Source of the DNA: Octopus sinensis
Lineage: Eukaryota
DNA: 64,000 nucleotides
Direction: 5' to 3'
Assembly (NCBI RefSeq): GCF_006345805.1
Contig: NC_043006.1
Span: 40,858,001-40,922,000, forward strand
Under the pieces are notes generated by a model. That model did no database searches. It worked only from the letters and a program-made list of their open reading frames with translations, and was not told where the DNA came from. This document shows, piece after piece, positions 27,944-40,911 of the stretch. The position numbers and the translations under genes are program-made. Each line of letters opens with the position of its first letter. Position 1 is the stretch's first letter.

Positions 27944-28431
27944 CAAATATATATATATATTATATATATATATATATATAATATATATATTTATATATAT
28001 ATATATATCTACATATATATACATATATATATATATATATACATATATATACATATATTATTATATATACATATATTATATACATATATATACACCCACA
28101 CATATATATATATATATATATTATAATATATATATATATATAATATATAATATACAACCCAAGGTCCTGTGCCTTTCATACTTTCAGGGTCGATAAATTA
28201 AGTAGCCGTTGCGTACTGAAGTCGATTGATTCGACCAAAACAAATTCTTAAAAAAGAGTATGTATATATATATATATATTAATATATATATATACGCAAT
28301 CGTTTCATTCACAAATTGAATTCGGTGATACACCAGTTGGCGGATTCTAGCTCGCCTCTGATACTGAGTTGAGTTGGTGCCTTCTGGTATCTCAAAATTC
28401 AATATATAATCATTTATGATTATATATTCTC

Positions 28432-28536
28432 TACGCTGAAGAGAAAAAGAAGTTTCGGTAAGATAGAATTATTTAATATTTAATATTTAATTCTTATGCT
28501 TTCCTAAAAACTTGATTTCGAAACGTACTGTCCGTG
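28432..28536 (+). ncRNA. HHR motif with long stem II
   Basis: UACG-CUGAAGA-GAAA...UUUC-GAAAC-GUACU-GUC-CGUG. Confidence 0.6.
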
Positions 28537-29303
28537 GATAAAAAAAAAAATGTATGATAGATTGCAGTCAATTCATTCTCTCTACCGTTTGTGTCTACCT
28601 TCCAAATGCTGTTTTTACTGAGATCTCCCGTTTTAGTAGAAGAAATAGCTATAACCCTTTGACTGCTATTTCTAAATTCGGTATGTGGTAAGGCAACTCG
28701 TTGCTAAACCCTTATTGCTTAGTATTACGTAAATTTCCTCGAATGAGGCTTTTACCTGCCGAAGACTACTTGGTGTAATTGATAATTTTTCCAAATTAAT
28801 TAATTTCACCCTTCATTATTACGGATAACCATATTTTATCTCAGTAGATGACCACAGCATCTTGTTTGGCTACACGCGGGTGGAAGGGGCTGTTGACACA
28901 ATCGTTCATTCACAAATTGAATTCGGTGATACCAGTTGCGGATTCTAGCTCGCTCTGATACTGATTGAGTTGTTGCCTTCTGTATCTCAAAATTCAATAT
29001 ATAACATTTATGATTATAGTTTTCTATCTACGCTGAGAGAAAAGAAGTTCGGTAAGATAGAATATTTTAATATTTAATATTTAATTCTTATGCTTTCCTA
29101 AAAACTTGATTTCGAAACGTACTTCCGTGGATAACTAAAAAATGTATGATAGATTGCAGGCATTCATTCGCTCTTACCTGTTTGTGTCTCCCTTCCAAAT
29201 GCTGTTTTTACGAGATCTCCCTGTTTAGTAGAAAAAATAGCTATAAACCCTTTGACTGCTATTTCTAAACCCTTATTGCTTAGTATATATATATTATATA
29301 ATA

Positions 29304-29338
<35 letters not shown>

Positions 29339-29353
29339 GTGTATGTATGTATG

Positions 29354-29387
<34 letters not shown>

Positions 29388-30481
29388 TATGTATGTAATG
29401 TGTGAGGTATGCAGATGTATGTATGTATGTATATGTATGGATGTATGTATGTAGATGCATGGTAATATATATAGATATAATATATATATAGATATAATAT
29501 ATAAGATATATAATATATAATATAACATATATACACGCTAGCAAACGCACCCGTCCTTTGGACGGTTTAAGTTGCTTTGGTGGTATTTTTCTCTCCAAAT
29601 AACTGAACTACCGAGAAGGTTTATGAGTATCACGTCAATCTAGGTTTCCGATTAACCTAGGAACGGAAAATCAAATTGAAGGCTGGTTATTGTGGAGGGC
29701 GTTGCACTTTAATGATCATAGGGTATTTAAGTTTGCAAGCAATACAAAGTAGGGCTACTGAAGTGTTTGGGAAGTAGATTACGGATAATGACTACAAATA
29801 TAGTTGTTTCATATGAAAGCGAAATTTCTTGTGATTCTTTTAAAAAGGTTAGATTGACAATGCTGAAACATATTTGAAACAATGGATAACAGTCGAAATA
29901 TCATAATGGATGGGTAAATAAGCATCCTTAAAGTGAAACAACGTATTGGCAGGTAAACAAAGGTATCTACAAATAGAAGAGAGGGAAGAGAACATCACCT
30001 TTGAAGTAATTCAGAATAGGTAAAGGTGTGTTTACGTACCCGTAACTTAGCGGTTCGGCAAAAAAGACCGATAGAATAAGTACTAGGCTTACAAAGAGTA
30101 AGTCCTGGGGTCGATTTTCTCGACTGAAGGCGGTGCTCCAGCATGGCTGCAGTCAAATGACTGAGACGTGTAAAAGAGCATATCTTTACACACCACACAC
30201 ACACACACACACACACACACATTCACATACACCCACAAGCACATACACAAATAAATAGATAAGTTTCTTTATTGGCCACACAGGGCTGCACACAGATGGG
30301 ACAAGTTACAAGGTAGAGCTTTTCTTTTGGGGGATGAAAAAAACCAAAAAATAAAAATAATAAAAAAAAATAAAAAAATAAAAAATAATAAAAAGGGTGG
30401 CGTAGGTTTTCGATCAAAAGGGATCGTAGAAGGGAACAGACAGACAGACAGGCAGGCAGGCAGACAGACAGACAGACAGAC

Positions 30482-30549
<68 letters not shown>

Positions 30550-30778
30550 GAATATACCCTTCATCCAAACCGCCGTCCCGTCTTTTATGTCTATTTCTCC
30601 TTCTCCGTCCATCTCTGACGCCCGCCCGTCTATTTTCTGGCCACGCAAAATCTTCTTAATCTTATTCTTTGACCCGACCTAACCTTTACCCCTTGCAAAT
30701 TTTTCGTATGGAAGTATGCGATGGGATGGTTCTCTCAGCAGATAACACTTTAAATACTTCTCTCTCTCTCTATCACTC

Positions 30779-30810
<32 letters not shown>

Positions 30811-30867
30811 ACTCTCTGTTTGTCTGTCTGTCTCTGTCTCTCTCTTTCACTCTCTTTCTACTGTCTC

Positions 30868-30899
<32 letters not shown>

Positions 30900-30903
30900 A
30901 CTC

Positions 30904-30942
<39 letters not shown>

Positions 30943-31699
30943 TGTAAGGTGGTGCACAGAAATTGGATAGTGAAAAAAATCGTCAGAATTTTGGAAAAAA
31001 AAGTCTTTTTATTTCTTCATTACTATTAACTCTTTAGTTCGTTTCTCGAATTTGTTAAATGGAATTTTGTGAATGTGCAAACAGTTTGTTCATTTATATG
31101 AAACAGACAATTTGGCGGGGTTTGCTTAGAAGAAGAGAACATTGTTTTTTTGGTGGGGGATGAGGTTCCGTGACAATGGAGATAGGGAGATAGATAGATA
31201 GGTGGCTAGATAGATAGATAGATAGATAGATAGATGGATAGATGGATGGATGGATGGATGGATGGATGGATGGATGGATTGGATTGGATTGGATTGGGTT
31301 TAAGGATGGTAACCTCTTAAAAAAAAAAGAAAAGTAAAAAGAAAAAAACAGATGTGGTGTGGTCATCACTGAAAGTATTTTTGTTTTCTTTCTCTCTTCT
31401 CTTCATTTTCTTTTTTCTTTTTCTTCTCCCCCCCCCTTTCCTCTTTCTTTTTCTCTTTTTTCTCCTCTTTTTTTGCCTCTTTTTTTTCTTTTTCTCCTCT
31501 TTGAGTTATATTTAGAATACAAAATGTACTGTCTCCCCTTTTCTTTTAGATATTCAATTTTGGAGAGAATCTTTTTGAGGAAATGAGTTAAACTAAAAAA
31601 AAAAAACACGCAAAGCTCATAACATCTCAATGCCACACATATATACCTGAATATTTGCAGAGATGAACATAATGTTTTCGATATTTGAGTTATATTTAG

Positions 31700-32675
31700 A
31701 ATACAAAATGTACTGTCTCCACTTTTCTTTCAAACATTAAATATTGTTCCATATTCCCGGCCCCTTGCTATGTATTCTATATCTTTCCATATAGGGGCCA
31801 GGCATTTTTCTATTTCGCACTTTTCGAAGTGCTTGAATTTTTTCGATGAAGGACAGTACGTTTTGTAAACGACTGCCCTTCTCTTCATATTTTCAACACT
31901 AGGAGAGGGTGAGATCTTTATATCCCCACCCCCCTCTTTCATTCTCTCAAAAAGCTCGGAGAGCTTCTCCGTTTCTATTACAACATTTTTACACGAAACA
32001 GCAGATACTGTCGCGAACTTTTTTGCTGGTTCATGCAGCTGGTTAGTTTCTTGAATTATTTCGATCGACATATTTCGTTCGAAATAATTTATACACAATT
32101 TAATCCCCCAGAAAAAGGGAAACTTATAATTTTTTACTTTTTTTTTCTCTCAACGAAGACAACAGTTCAAATCCCACCCCCGCTGGCGGGGCGAGACGCA
32201 ACAACAAAGCCTACAACGTTCGAAATTAATTTTTTCTTTCACTCAATAATAAAAATACAGAATCCCAAAAAACGGGAAACCTATAATATTTTTTACACAA
32301 CGAGGACAACAGTTCAAATCTCGCCCACGCTAGGGGCGGATGTCACAATAGAGCCTCCAACGGCTAAAATTAATTTTTTACGCAATAATAAATTGCTTAT
32401 CCCAAAAAACGGGAAACCTATATTTTTTCCTCTTAATGAGGATAACAGTTCAAATCCCATCTCCGCTGGTGGGGGCACGACAAAAAAGCCTACAACGGCT
32501 TTAATAAGTTCAATATTAATCCCGTCACCGGGAAAAAGCACAAAAATTTTCTAAGTTCAACGATGTTCAACAGTTCGAAAATATTCAACAATAAACAATT
32601 CCAATAGAAAAATTTTCCAACGTTCAACAAAACGTTTGACTCACCGCCAAAAAAAAAACGTCTGTCTACGACAAA
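31700..32675 (-). mobile_element. Tx1-clade LINE, element 1: 5' UTR plus ORF1 N-terminus, 3'-truncated
   Basis: ORF 31730-32098 is homologous to ORF 35722-36048 (FKHFEK.. IEKCL.PI.KDI.Y.ARGR.YG). Confidence 0.8.
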
Positions 32676-32691
32676 GGTAAGCAAGCTACTT

Positions 32692-35600
32692 TATTTCATG
32701 AAAATTCGCCATTAAGGCGTTACATAGAGAGGACATACAAACATATAGGACGAAGTAGCTTAAAACGTTTTAAAAATTTACAATATGATGGGTACAAATT
32801 TCAATGAAAGTTTACGAATTTAATGTTACATAGTAGGGCAAGGAACCCAGCCATCTGGGTAGAACCTTTACTTCTTGATCCGGCCACACTTACCTGGTGC
32901 CAAACATACCCAGCTTGCAAGCCACAGGCTTCCATCTTTTCACAAACATATCTCCTGACAGACACCTCTTCTCCAGCCTGATCTTACTACCGAGGTGGTA
33001 ACTAAAAAAGTTAACCAGTCCCTGGCCGGATATAAAGGTACCTGTCACTATACCTTTCGTACGCGTCTTCTATACTATTTCTTTCAGTATGGCTACTACG
33101 CAGGAAAAACAAGCCTTCCTTTCCCTGCTGAGGAAAGGAAGTGGCACAATTTCAATGATAGACTTCACTAACCCGCTATAGAAATCCACGGTGGAACTCC
33201 TGTTGCCGGCATTGCCCGCCCGAGAGAGTAGCTGGAGTGCCTGATGACACTCCAAATGCCAGTCCCCCAGTTTAGGTCTCCACTTGATCCAATTACCAAT
33301 GTCCGTTAAGGACGTTAACTGGGGAAGGTAGAACCGAACGTGCGGTGAACATACCTGCTCTCCATCCAGGTAATGCCAGAGGTGCCTCAACCTTAACACG
33401 AATTTTTGCATCTTCAGCCAAGGCATCGCTAGCCCATCCTTTAGCGGTTTCTGGCAGCAGACAGAGCGCTTCACGAGTGGCTTTCCTCCCTTCTACAAAA
33501 AGCGGAAAAGGATTCTCTCCAACTTGTTCAGCCACAAATCGGGGCAAGGCACCACGGTCAGACGGTAGGTGATTACTGATGCTATGAACATCTGCACCAC
33601 CTCCGCCCTCCCTAGCAGGGATAACGCCCGTTCAGACCAGGTCTGGGTTAGAGCGGTCACCCTGCCGGTCACCTCACTCCAATTTTTTTCTATCTGGAGG
33701 TCTGGACCAATCATGACTCCGAGCAGCTTAACAGGACCTTCCGTCCAACGCCCCACGACGTTATTGGACGGTATCGGCTTGCTCCTCCAGGTACCGAGTT
33801 GCAAACCGACCGACTTGTCCTTGTTAACCTTTGCTCCTGCCACCGCCTCGTAGCTTTTGATGGCCTCTTCCACCACTGGAAGTTGGCCTTCATCTGCCAC
33901 GATGATGGAGATGTCATCCGCATACACCGTAGCTCCTCTTCCACACCATAGATCATGCGGTGCGCCCCCTAGTGCCTCCAACTTCCGCAGCAATGGCTCA
34001 AGAGCCAACACATACAGAAGCGGGGACAGGGGACACCCCTGGTGAACTGAACGCTCGATCTTGAACGGTTTCGAAAAGAACCCGTTCACCTTGACGACAG
34101 ACTCGATGTCGCTATACAAAGCAGCGATCCAACCTCGAAAGGTCGGGCCCAGGCCAGCCTCCCCGAGGACCGCCGCCAAGTAGTGATGGTCGACCCAATC
34201 AAATGCTTTAGACTGGTCTAAATACATCAGTGCTCCTCCTGCGCCAGAAAGTTTCCTCACCCTCTCTAAGGAGTAGCGTATAAGGTGGAGATTGTCGTGG
34301 ATCAACCTGCCGGGGACGGCACAAGTTTGCGCCTCCCCGACAAGTTTGTCCACGATCCGTGCCAACCTTTTTGCCAACACCTTGGCCAAAATCTTTAACT
34401 CAGTGTTTAACAGAGTTATGGGCCTAAAGTTACGGATCTCGTCCCCCTTTCCCGGGTCCTTTCTGATCAGCGCCCCCGGCTCACTGACTTGGGAATTCCC
34501 CCATCCTGCTGCCAGTTGGCGTAGACGCTAGCCAGCAGGTGCCCGAACGAGTCTGGCATACTTTTATAAAACTCATAGGGCAGACCATCGAGACCCGGCG
34601 ACTTTTCCCCAGGGCACTTGCCCAACACCTTGATTACTTCCTCGGTTGTGATTGGCCCCTCACAGCACTCAGCCCCCTCCTTCTCTTCTCTCTTCACATA
34701 GTTTGGAAAGTCCATAATTTTCCATAAGGTGCCTGTTCCTTAATTCCCGGTATAGGGATTCTTCTATCATCGCACATTTGTTCTTCCATTCTTTGAGTTG
34801 GGGGCACAATATAGTCTTTTTATGTAGTACAATGATATCATTAGTGCACGTGTCCGTTGTGTTATATTCGATTAAAATTAAGTTTTGATTTTCTTCCGGG
34901 ACAGTTGGGCAGGGTTTCTTTTTTGTTGTCTGTGGTGCGTTTTTTCTGTTTTGTGTGGGGGATGTGTGTGGGGAAGGTCTACGCGAACGTTTTTTTCCCA
35001 CTGGTATGAATTCACCATCTGATACCTCCATGGCATCATCTGAGGGGTGGGTGACAATTGTTAATAAGACAGTGTTTTCTGTTGGTACCGCATCTTTCAA
35101 GGAGGTTGGGTAATTTTGTTTTTGTAGGGACTTGTGCGTGGCGGGGTTGGGTTTTCCATGCTTTGTTTGGGGATTGGCACCTCAACAACGGGGGTGGGAG
35201 TCTTTGTGTTTGTGGGGATTAATGTGTTTGCAGGGGTCGGGACTTTTTTATTTTATTTGCAGGGCCCGGTGTTTGCGACAATTTCCTTTCTTCACAATCA
35301 GCTCGAATGTGACCCTTTTCCTCACAATGGTAACAGGTGGGCTTTCAGCCTTCCATCTGTACTCTAAGGGCCACATTCTCCCCGACGAGTACCCTTTCCG
35401 GAAGGATCTGAATGTCCTCCTGTGTTCCCTGACTTAATACTGTAATGTTCCGCCCAAAACAATTCTAGTGTGTGTGTGTGGGGGGGGGCGGAACTTGTTT
35501 GTAATTTTTATTTGCTCCGTCCTATTAAACAGCAGGGCGGCACTACTTCTTTCGGGTCTACTTCAGGTGATACTTCCGTTGATTTTTACACGGGACGTTC

Positions 35601-36386
35601 TTCGTCCCATATAAGTTGGTAGAAGGGGACATACGGAATGCCCGCGGGCCACCTCTTCCTTTGAGAAATGGACCTCAACAGAACCATATGCCCGTCCCCT
35701 CGCGTTATACACTATATCCTTTCATATCGGAGACAGGCACTTTTCGATTGTTTCTTTTTCGAAGTGTTTAAACCTTCTGTCTTGTGGGCAGAAGGTTTTA
35801 TACACTACGGTCAGTTTCACTGTTTCTAATACAGTGGAGGAAGGTGATATCACAACATCACCTCCCCACTCCTTCATCCTTTTGAAATATTCTTGTAACA
35901 TATCTCCCGAAATATCAATATTTTCGGTTACCACTGCAGCAACCGCCGAAAACTTTTTCACAGTGTTGGCGCAATTGCCAACATCAACATTGCTCTCTAC
36001 AAGAGCACATTTTTCTCGAATGATTTCAACCGATATGGTTGAAATCAATACAATTCAAGAGAAATTGATTTCCCACAAAACTGGGAAACCTATAAAAAAA
36101 AGGGTTTTCCTCTCGCAGAGGACAAAAATAATTAATTTGTGTTTCAGCAACCCAAAGTTCAAATCCCACCCCAGTTAGGGGAAGGAGCACAAGAAATAGT
36201 CTAAAAAGACTATTCACAGTTCAACAAATAACAAACTGTCACAATGGCCAACAAATATAGTTCAGTAATTTTTAAACAACTTTTTTAAACAAATTATTCA
36301 CGTTCGAAATCCAAAAGTAATGCAACAAAGCAGTAACAACAGCAAAAATGCTAACCACAAGGAAAGACACGTGTTGGCTCTTGTAA
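32692..36386 (-). mobile_element. Tx1-clade LINE, element 2: 5' UTR, ORF1 with zinc knuckle, RT; endonuclease deleted
   Basis: CYHCEEKGHIRADC; KSPGLDGLPYEFY, LDQSKAFD, QGCPLSP, YADD; 3' end AATAAA; 16-bp flanking duplication. Confidence 0.9.
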
Positions 36387-36425
36387 GGTAAGCAAGCTAC
36401 TTACCACACAGCCACTTCTACGCCT
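36387..36425 (-). mobile_element. 5' 39 nt of a family-A SINE head abutting Tx1 element 2
   Basis: AGGCGTAGAAGTGGCTGTGTGGTAAGTAGCTTGCTTACC matches the intact SINE head at 42150-42198. Confidence 0.85.
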
Positions 36426-37512
36426 AAAAAAAAAAAAAGAAAGAACTAGGATAAAAATTATTTCCAGCTTTATGTAGTAAACATCTAAGATAATGATTCT
36501 TCAAAATTATGCGTCACATTAATCCTAAGTAATTTTTGCGAAAAGTGAAAACTGAAAATTTACGGAAATTGTGTGTATGTGTGTGTGTGGAGTGGACACA
36601 AACTCCGACCCCACAACATTCCATTTTTTGGGGTGGAGGTGGGGGCAAATTTGTTAGTACCACTATGTCTGCGTCACCCAACACTGCTTGGCAACCATGG
36701 CAACCAGAGTTGGTCTGTTTACGTTCCCGTACTTAGTGTTTCGGCAAAAAAGGGCCGGTATCTAAATACCTAACTTAAAAAAAAAAATAAAGTAATCAGA
36801 TCAATTTGTCTGAGTAAATCTCTTCAAGGCGATACCCCAGCAAGGCCGTAATACAATGATTTAAACAAATAAAAGAGAAAAGACGTTTAAAACAAATAGA
36901 TCCAAAGAAATTACACTTTTTTTTTTGCGCGCTAGTTAATTTCCGACGCTATTGTACATGAATGCAATCAAGGAATAACAAAAGAAATGAAAGCGTTAAC
37001 TGCATGACATGAGAAGCATTTGGGTTGGTTGGTCACGTCTGGAATACTTTAAATGATCGGAACGGTGACGTTTGGAACGTTTTTAAGAGACAGAATAGTC
37101 ACAGTTGGAACGCTTGTATGAAAATAAAAGAATGTTATTGTGAATCTGCGAATCCACAGTGGAGCGAAGGTTATTTTGATTTAAAAAATAAATTTTTCTT
37201 GCATCTTAAAACTGCTTGATAGTCTATAAAATGTCTCACATTGGTAGGAAGGTTACATATGTCGATGTATGATACGCATTTTATCGACTTTGTTAAGAAT
37301 TAACATTATTTTGATAGTTTTATTGTTACAAAACGCGGTGTTGCGAGCTAACTGAATGGTTTACCACGCCGGAGAAAATGTTTATTTCTTGCGGCTTTAC
37401 ATTTTCAGTTCAAATAAAACCGATGCTGATAAAATGAAAAAAAAAAAACAATTGAGCACTGGGATAGATATAATAAAATTTCATGTTTTTGTACCTTTAG
37501 TAAAAAAAATTA

Positions 37513-37627
37513 TTTCGCGAGAGGACCGGTTAGCACAGTTGTCTACCCATTACACGCTTTATAATCTACGCATATAATTCCAAGTAGACACTAGATGTCA
37601 TGGTTGTAGCGAAAAGTAATTTGAAAG
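37513..37627 (+). CDS. Candidate first exon (MVVAKSNLK, phase 1) with upstream CGCG element
   Basis: TTTCGCGAGA (37513-37522), ATG at 37600, strong donor AAG|GTGAGT. Confidence 0.35.
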
Positions 37628-39279
37628 GTGAGTGTTCCTTTCTCTCGTTGTTAATCGTTTCAGCCTTTATCTGTTGATTTCTATAAATAGTTGTTACAGT
37701 ATTTGATTAATAACAATAATAGTAGTTTATAACAACAACCGGTATTTTTTTCCACATATATATGACATAAAAAAAAAGGCGACTTTGACAGATATCTAGT
37801 GCAGCTCGATTTGCCCGAAATAACTGTCGGGTCTTTCTCAAATGACACCTAGTGATTACAAAAAAAAAAAAAACACCTTTAGATAATGTAGTGATAGATA
37901 TCTCTAGACATGATGGTTACGGCTGGAATTCCGTTTAAGGGACAAAAAAGAAAAGCAAAAAAATGTTACTTGGGCGGGTTTTCTTATTTTGAATGAACCT
38001 GAAATTGATGTGGTTTTGCTTAATACTAACTTAGAAATTACCCTACATCTCGAGACTGAAATATTTTTTTACGGCCTGTCAAGTTCAGTTACACTTTTTA
38101 GTTTCCTGTACTCACTTCCAAACCTACTGTATATTTCCATATATGGAAATAAAAGGTGTACATTAAAAAGAATGTATTATTTGCAGAGTAAAATGAATAA
38201 AAACAGTATACTTAACATGGTGAGGTTCTTAACATACAGTCATAAAATGTGTGTAAAAATTGGCGAGTTACAAAACCTGATAAAAGACGGCAACTACTTG
38301 AAAACTCTGGGATTGAAAAGGAAACGCGTCCACCTGTCTATCACTTTAGACAAATAGGAGCGGAAAGATCTTCAATGTGTTATTGTAGGAGTGGAGCAGT
38401 ACATGCGTCCTTTGAAAGAATAGAGGCTCTTAAATGCGGTCCCCTCAAATACATATCTATCTATCTGTGTTACGGCGGCGGTAAAGAATACGCACCCTAC
38501 GCTAACCCTGACCGTCGAAAACGGGTGGTGTGCATATGTTACATTGTATTATAGTTATTTATTAAGTATTTCTGTGTCATTAAAATATCAGTTTACATTT
38601 TATCAGTTGTTAGTTTAATTTATTTCGTATAAATTCTATATTCCGCTATGTCATTTTCCATATCCCGTATAATTAAATAAGATTTTTTAATGCGGCATTC
38701 AAATACATTAAGAAACCCATCCTCTTCCCTTTCTGTGTTGTGGTCGAAATTTTGTAATAATAAGTCGTAAATGATTTGATTCCTCGGTTTATATCTCAAT
38801 ATTTCTTTGCTTCTTTTTGTTTGCTTGTAATTCAACGAAAGAGTTTTGTAACCGCGATGTCTCTTCATTGCAGTAGTTAAACCCCGCTCGTGTTTTAAAC
38901 CGTGTAGTAAAACAGCATTTACTGAGATACCTCTTTTACTCACGAACAAAAACTAGCCTGATCACTGCGCCCATGAACTTTCGTTGTTTCTGTTTTGTTG
39001 TCAAATCTGCGACAACTTAACCATCCCACCCTTTTTGTCATAGTGTACGTTGATACTATTTAATGCATTATAAAGTGTTCGATGTTGACGAAAGAGAGAA
39101 ACTTGAGTTACCTCTGGGTGTATGCCAGTGTTCGCATGTGTATGTATGTGCCCATCATTAGTGTCTGTTCCAATCTCTCTTTCTCTCTACTGCACGCGCG
39201 CTTTTACCATTCCCTTTCCGCAGCATAAGTTTTTTTACACCACAGGAAACTATTAACATTGTAATATAAAAGATTTGTA

Positions 39280-39313
<34 letters not shown>

Positions 39314-39595
39314 ATATATATATATATTTTATGTGTGTATGGATCCTCATCAGTTAACGTCCGTTTTCTATGCTGACATGGGTTGGACAGCTTGACCAGA
39401 GCTGGCAAGGCGTAGGCTCCAATTGTCTGTTTTGGCTGGCTTTCTATGGCTGGACACCCTTCCTAACGCCTTCCACTTAAAGTGTACTAGGTGTTTTTTA
39501 CATGGCACCAGCACGGGTTTTTTTTTTTTAAATTTAGACCCATTACAGATGCTTCTTGGGTGACACCAGCACTAGTGGGGTCGCCAATATACATA

Positions 39596-39945
39596 TACAG
39601 GGTGTGATGAATAGACTGTCGTCTAAATTACGCAAACATGAAAATAACACTGACATCTCATTTTAACTGATATATTTACCAAAGTTACATAAAAATATCT
39701 TGAAATACTAAAGAGTAAATTTATTCAATAAAATCGCCATTGGTTTCAAACACATCCTCAAGACGACTTAATAAACTCCTGCAACTCTTCTGGATTGTCA
39801 CCTTGTTTAAGTTTGTCAATGATTGCCCTTAATCCTTGCCTTTAGTTCATCTTTAGTGTTACAAGGTGTTTCGTTGATCTCTCACTCAACTGTTCCCCAC
39901 ACATAATAAAGGAGGTTGCAGTCTAGGAAGTTAGGTGGCGAGATG
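39596..39945 (-). mobile_element. Tc1/mariner superfamily 3' end
   Basis: PPNFLDCN..YYVWGTVE..NETPCNTKDELKARI; TIR TACAGGGTGTG. Confidence 0.75.
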
Positions 39946-40184
39946 CTAAAAAAAAAAAAAAAAAAAAGGGATCAAAGGTCTTTTCTGAGCCATAGACTCA
40001 TAAGGCCAGTTTCCTGGATTCTGTGTCATATATATCTTCTTTCACTGGATTACTTGCTTCTGCCAGCTGAAATGACTTGTTATGTCCCCGAACACAACAC
40101 GTTACCTGATCCAGGAATCAGAACCATCTTTTTATAATCATGAGTGCAAAACCTTAACCATTAAGGCATACACCTCAGCATATC

Positions 40185-40407
40185 TTTTATCTTTTACTTG
40201 TTTGTCATTAGACTATGGCCATGCTGGGGCATTGCCTTGAAGAATTTATAGTTACATGTATTGACTCTGATACCTTTTTTTTTTTAAGCCTGGTACTTAT
40301 TCCATCGATTTGTTTTGCTGAACCACTAAGTTATGGGGACATAAACACACCAATACCAGTTGTCAAACAGTGGAGGTGAGGGGTGGACAAACACAGACAC
40401 ACATACA

Positions 40408-40500
<93 letters not shown>

Positions 40501-40900
40501 ATATATATATAAAGTTAATCCAAACAAGAAAGCACAAAAAAACACAACAACGCGGGGACGTGGAACAAATATAGTATTATTGGATGCTCAGGAAAGAAGG
40601 AAAAAAGGAGGGTTTAACGTTTCGAGCGGAGCTCTTCGTGGGAAACAGGAGAAGGAAAGATCCAGAGAAGGGAAGACAGGAAAAAAATCGCCAACGGTAC
40701 ACACGCGACACACATATACATACACACAAACACATACACACACACACACACGCAGCAGGCTTTTGGGTTCTGTCTATCAAATTCAGTCACAAGTCAGCTT
40801 AGGGCTATAAAAGACATTTGCTCAAGGTGCCACGCAGTGGGACTGAACCTGGAATTGTATGGTTGGGAAGCAAGCTTCTTATTACAGCCACTCCTGCACC
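40185..40900 (-). mobile_element. Family-A SINE whose central microsatellite holds a short PLE-type element (40505-40750)
   Basis: SINE tail 40185-40400, head 40755-40900; insert is the same family as 7845-8050. Confidence 0.7.
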
Positions 40901-40911
40901 TATATGTTATA

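Noticed and set aside
31500-31740. ~50-bp direct repeat (31500 and 31684) as a TSD for Tx1 element 1
   Set aside because: Both copies lie on the same side of the element; more likely a local duplication at the truncation point.
32033-32554. 173-aa Thr/Pro-rich repeat ORF on the plus strand
   Set aside because: Antisense reading of the Tx1 5' UTR monomers.
39345-39353. CTGATGAGG (minus strand) as an HHR core
   Set aside because: It is the decayed (CAT)n tail of an RTE-tail SINE, with no GAAAC partner.
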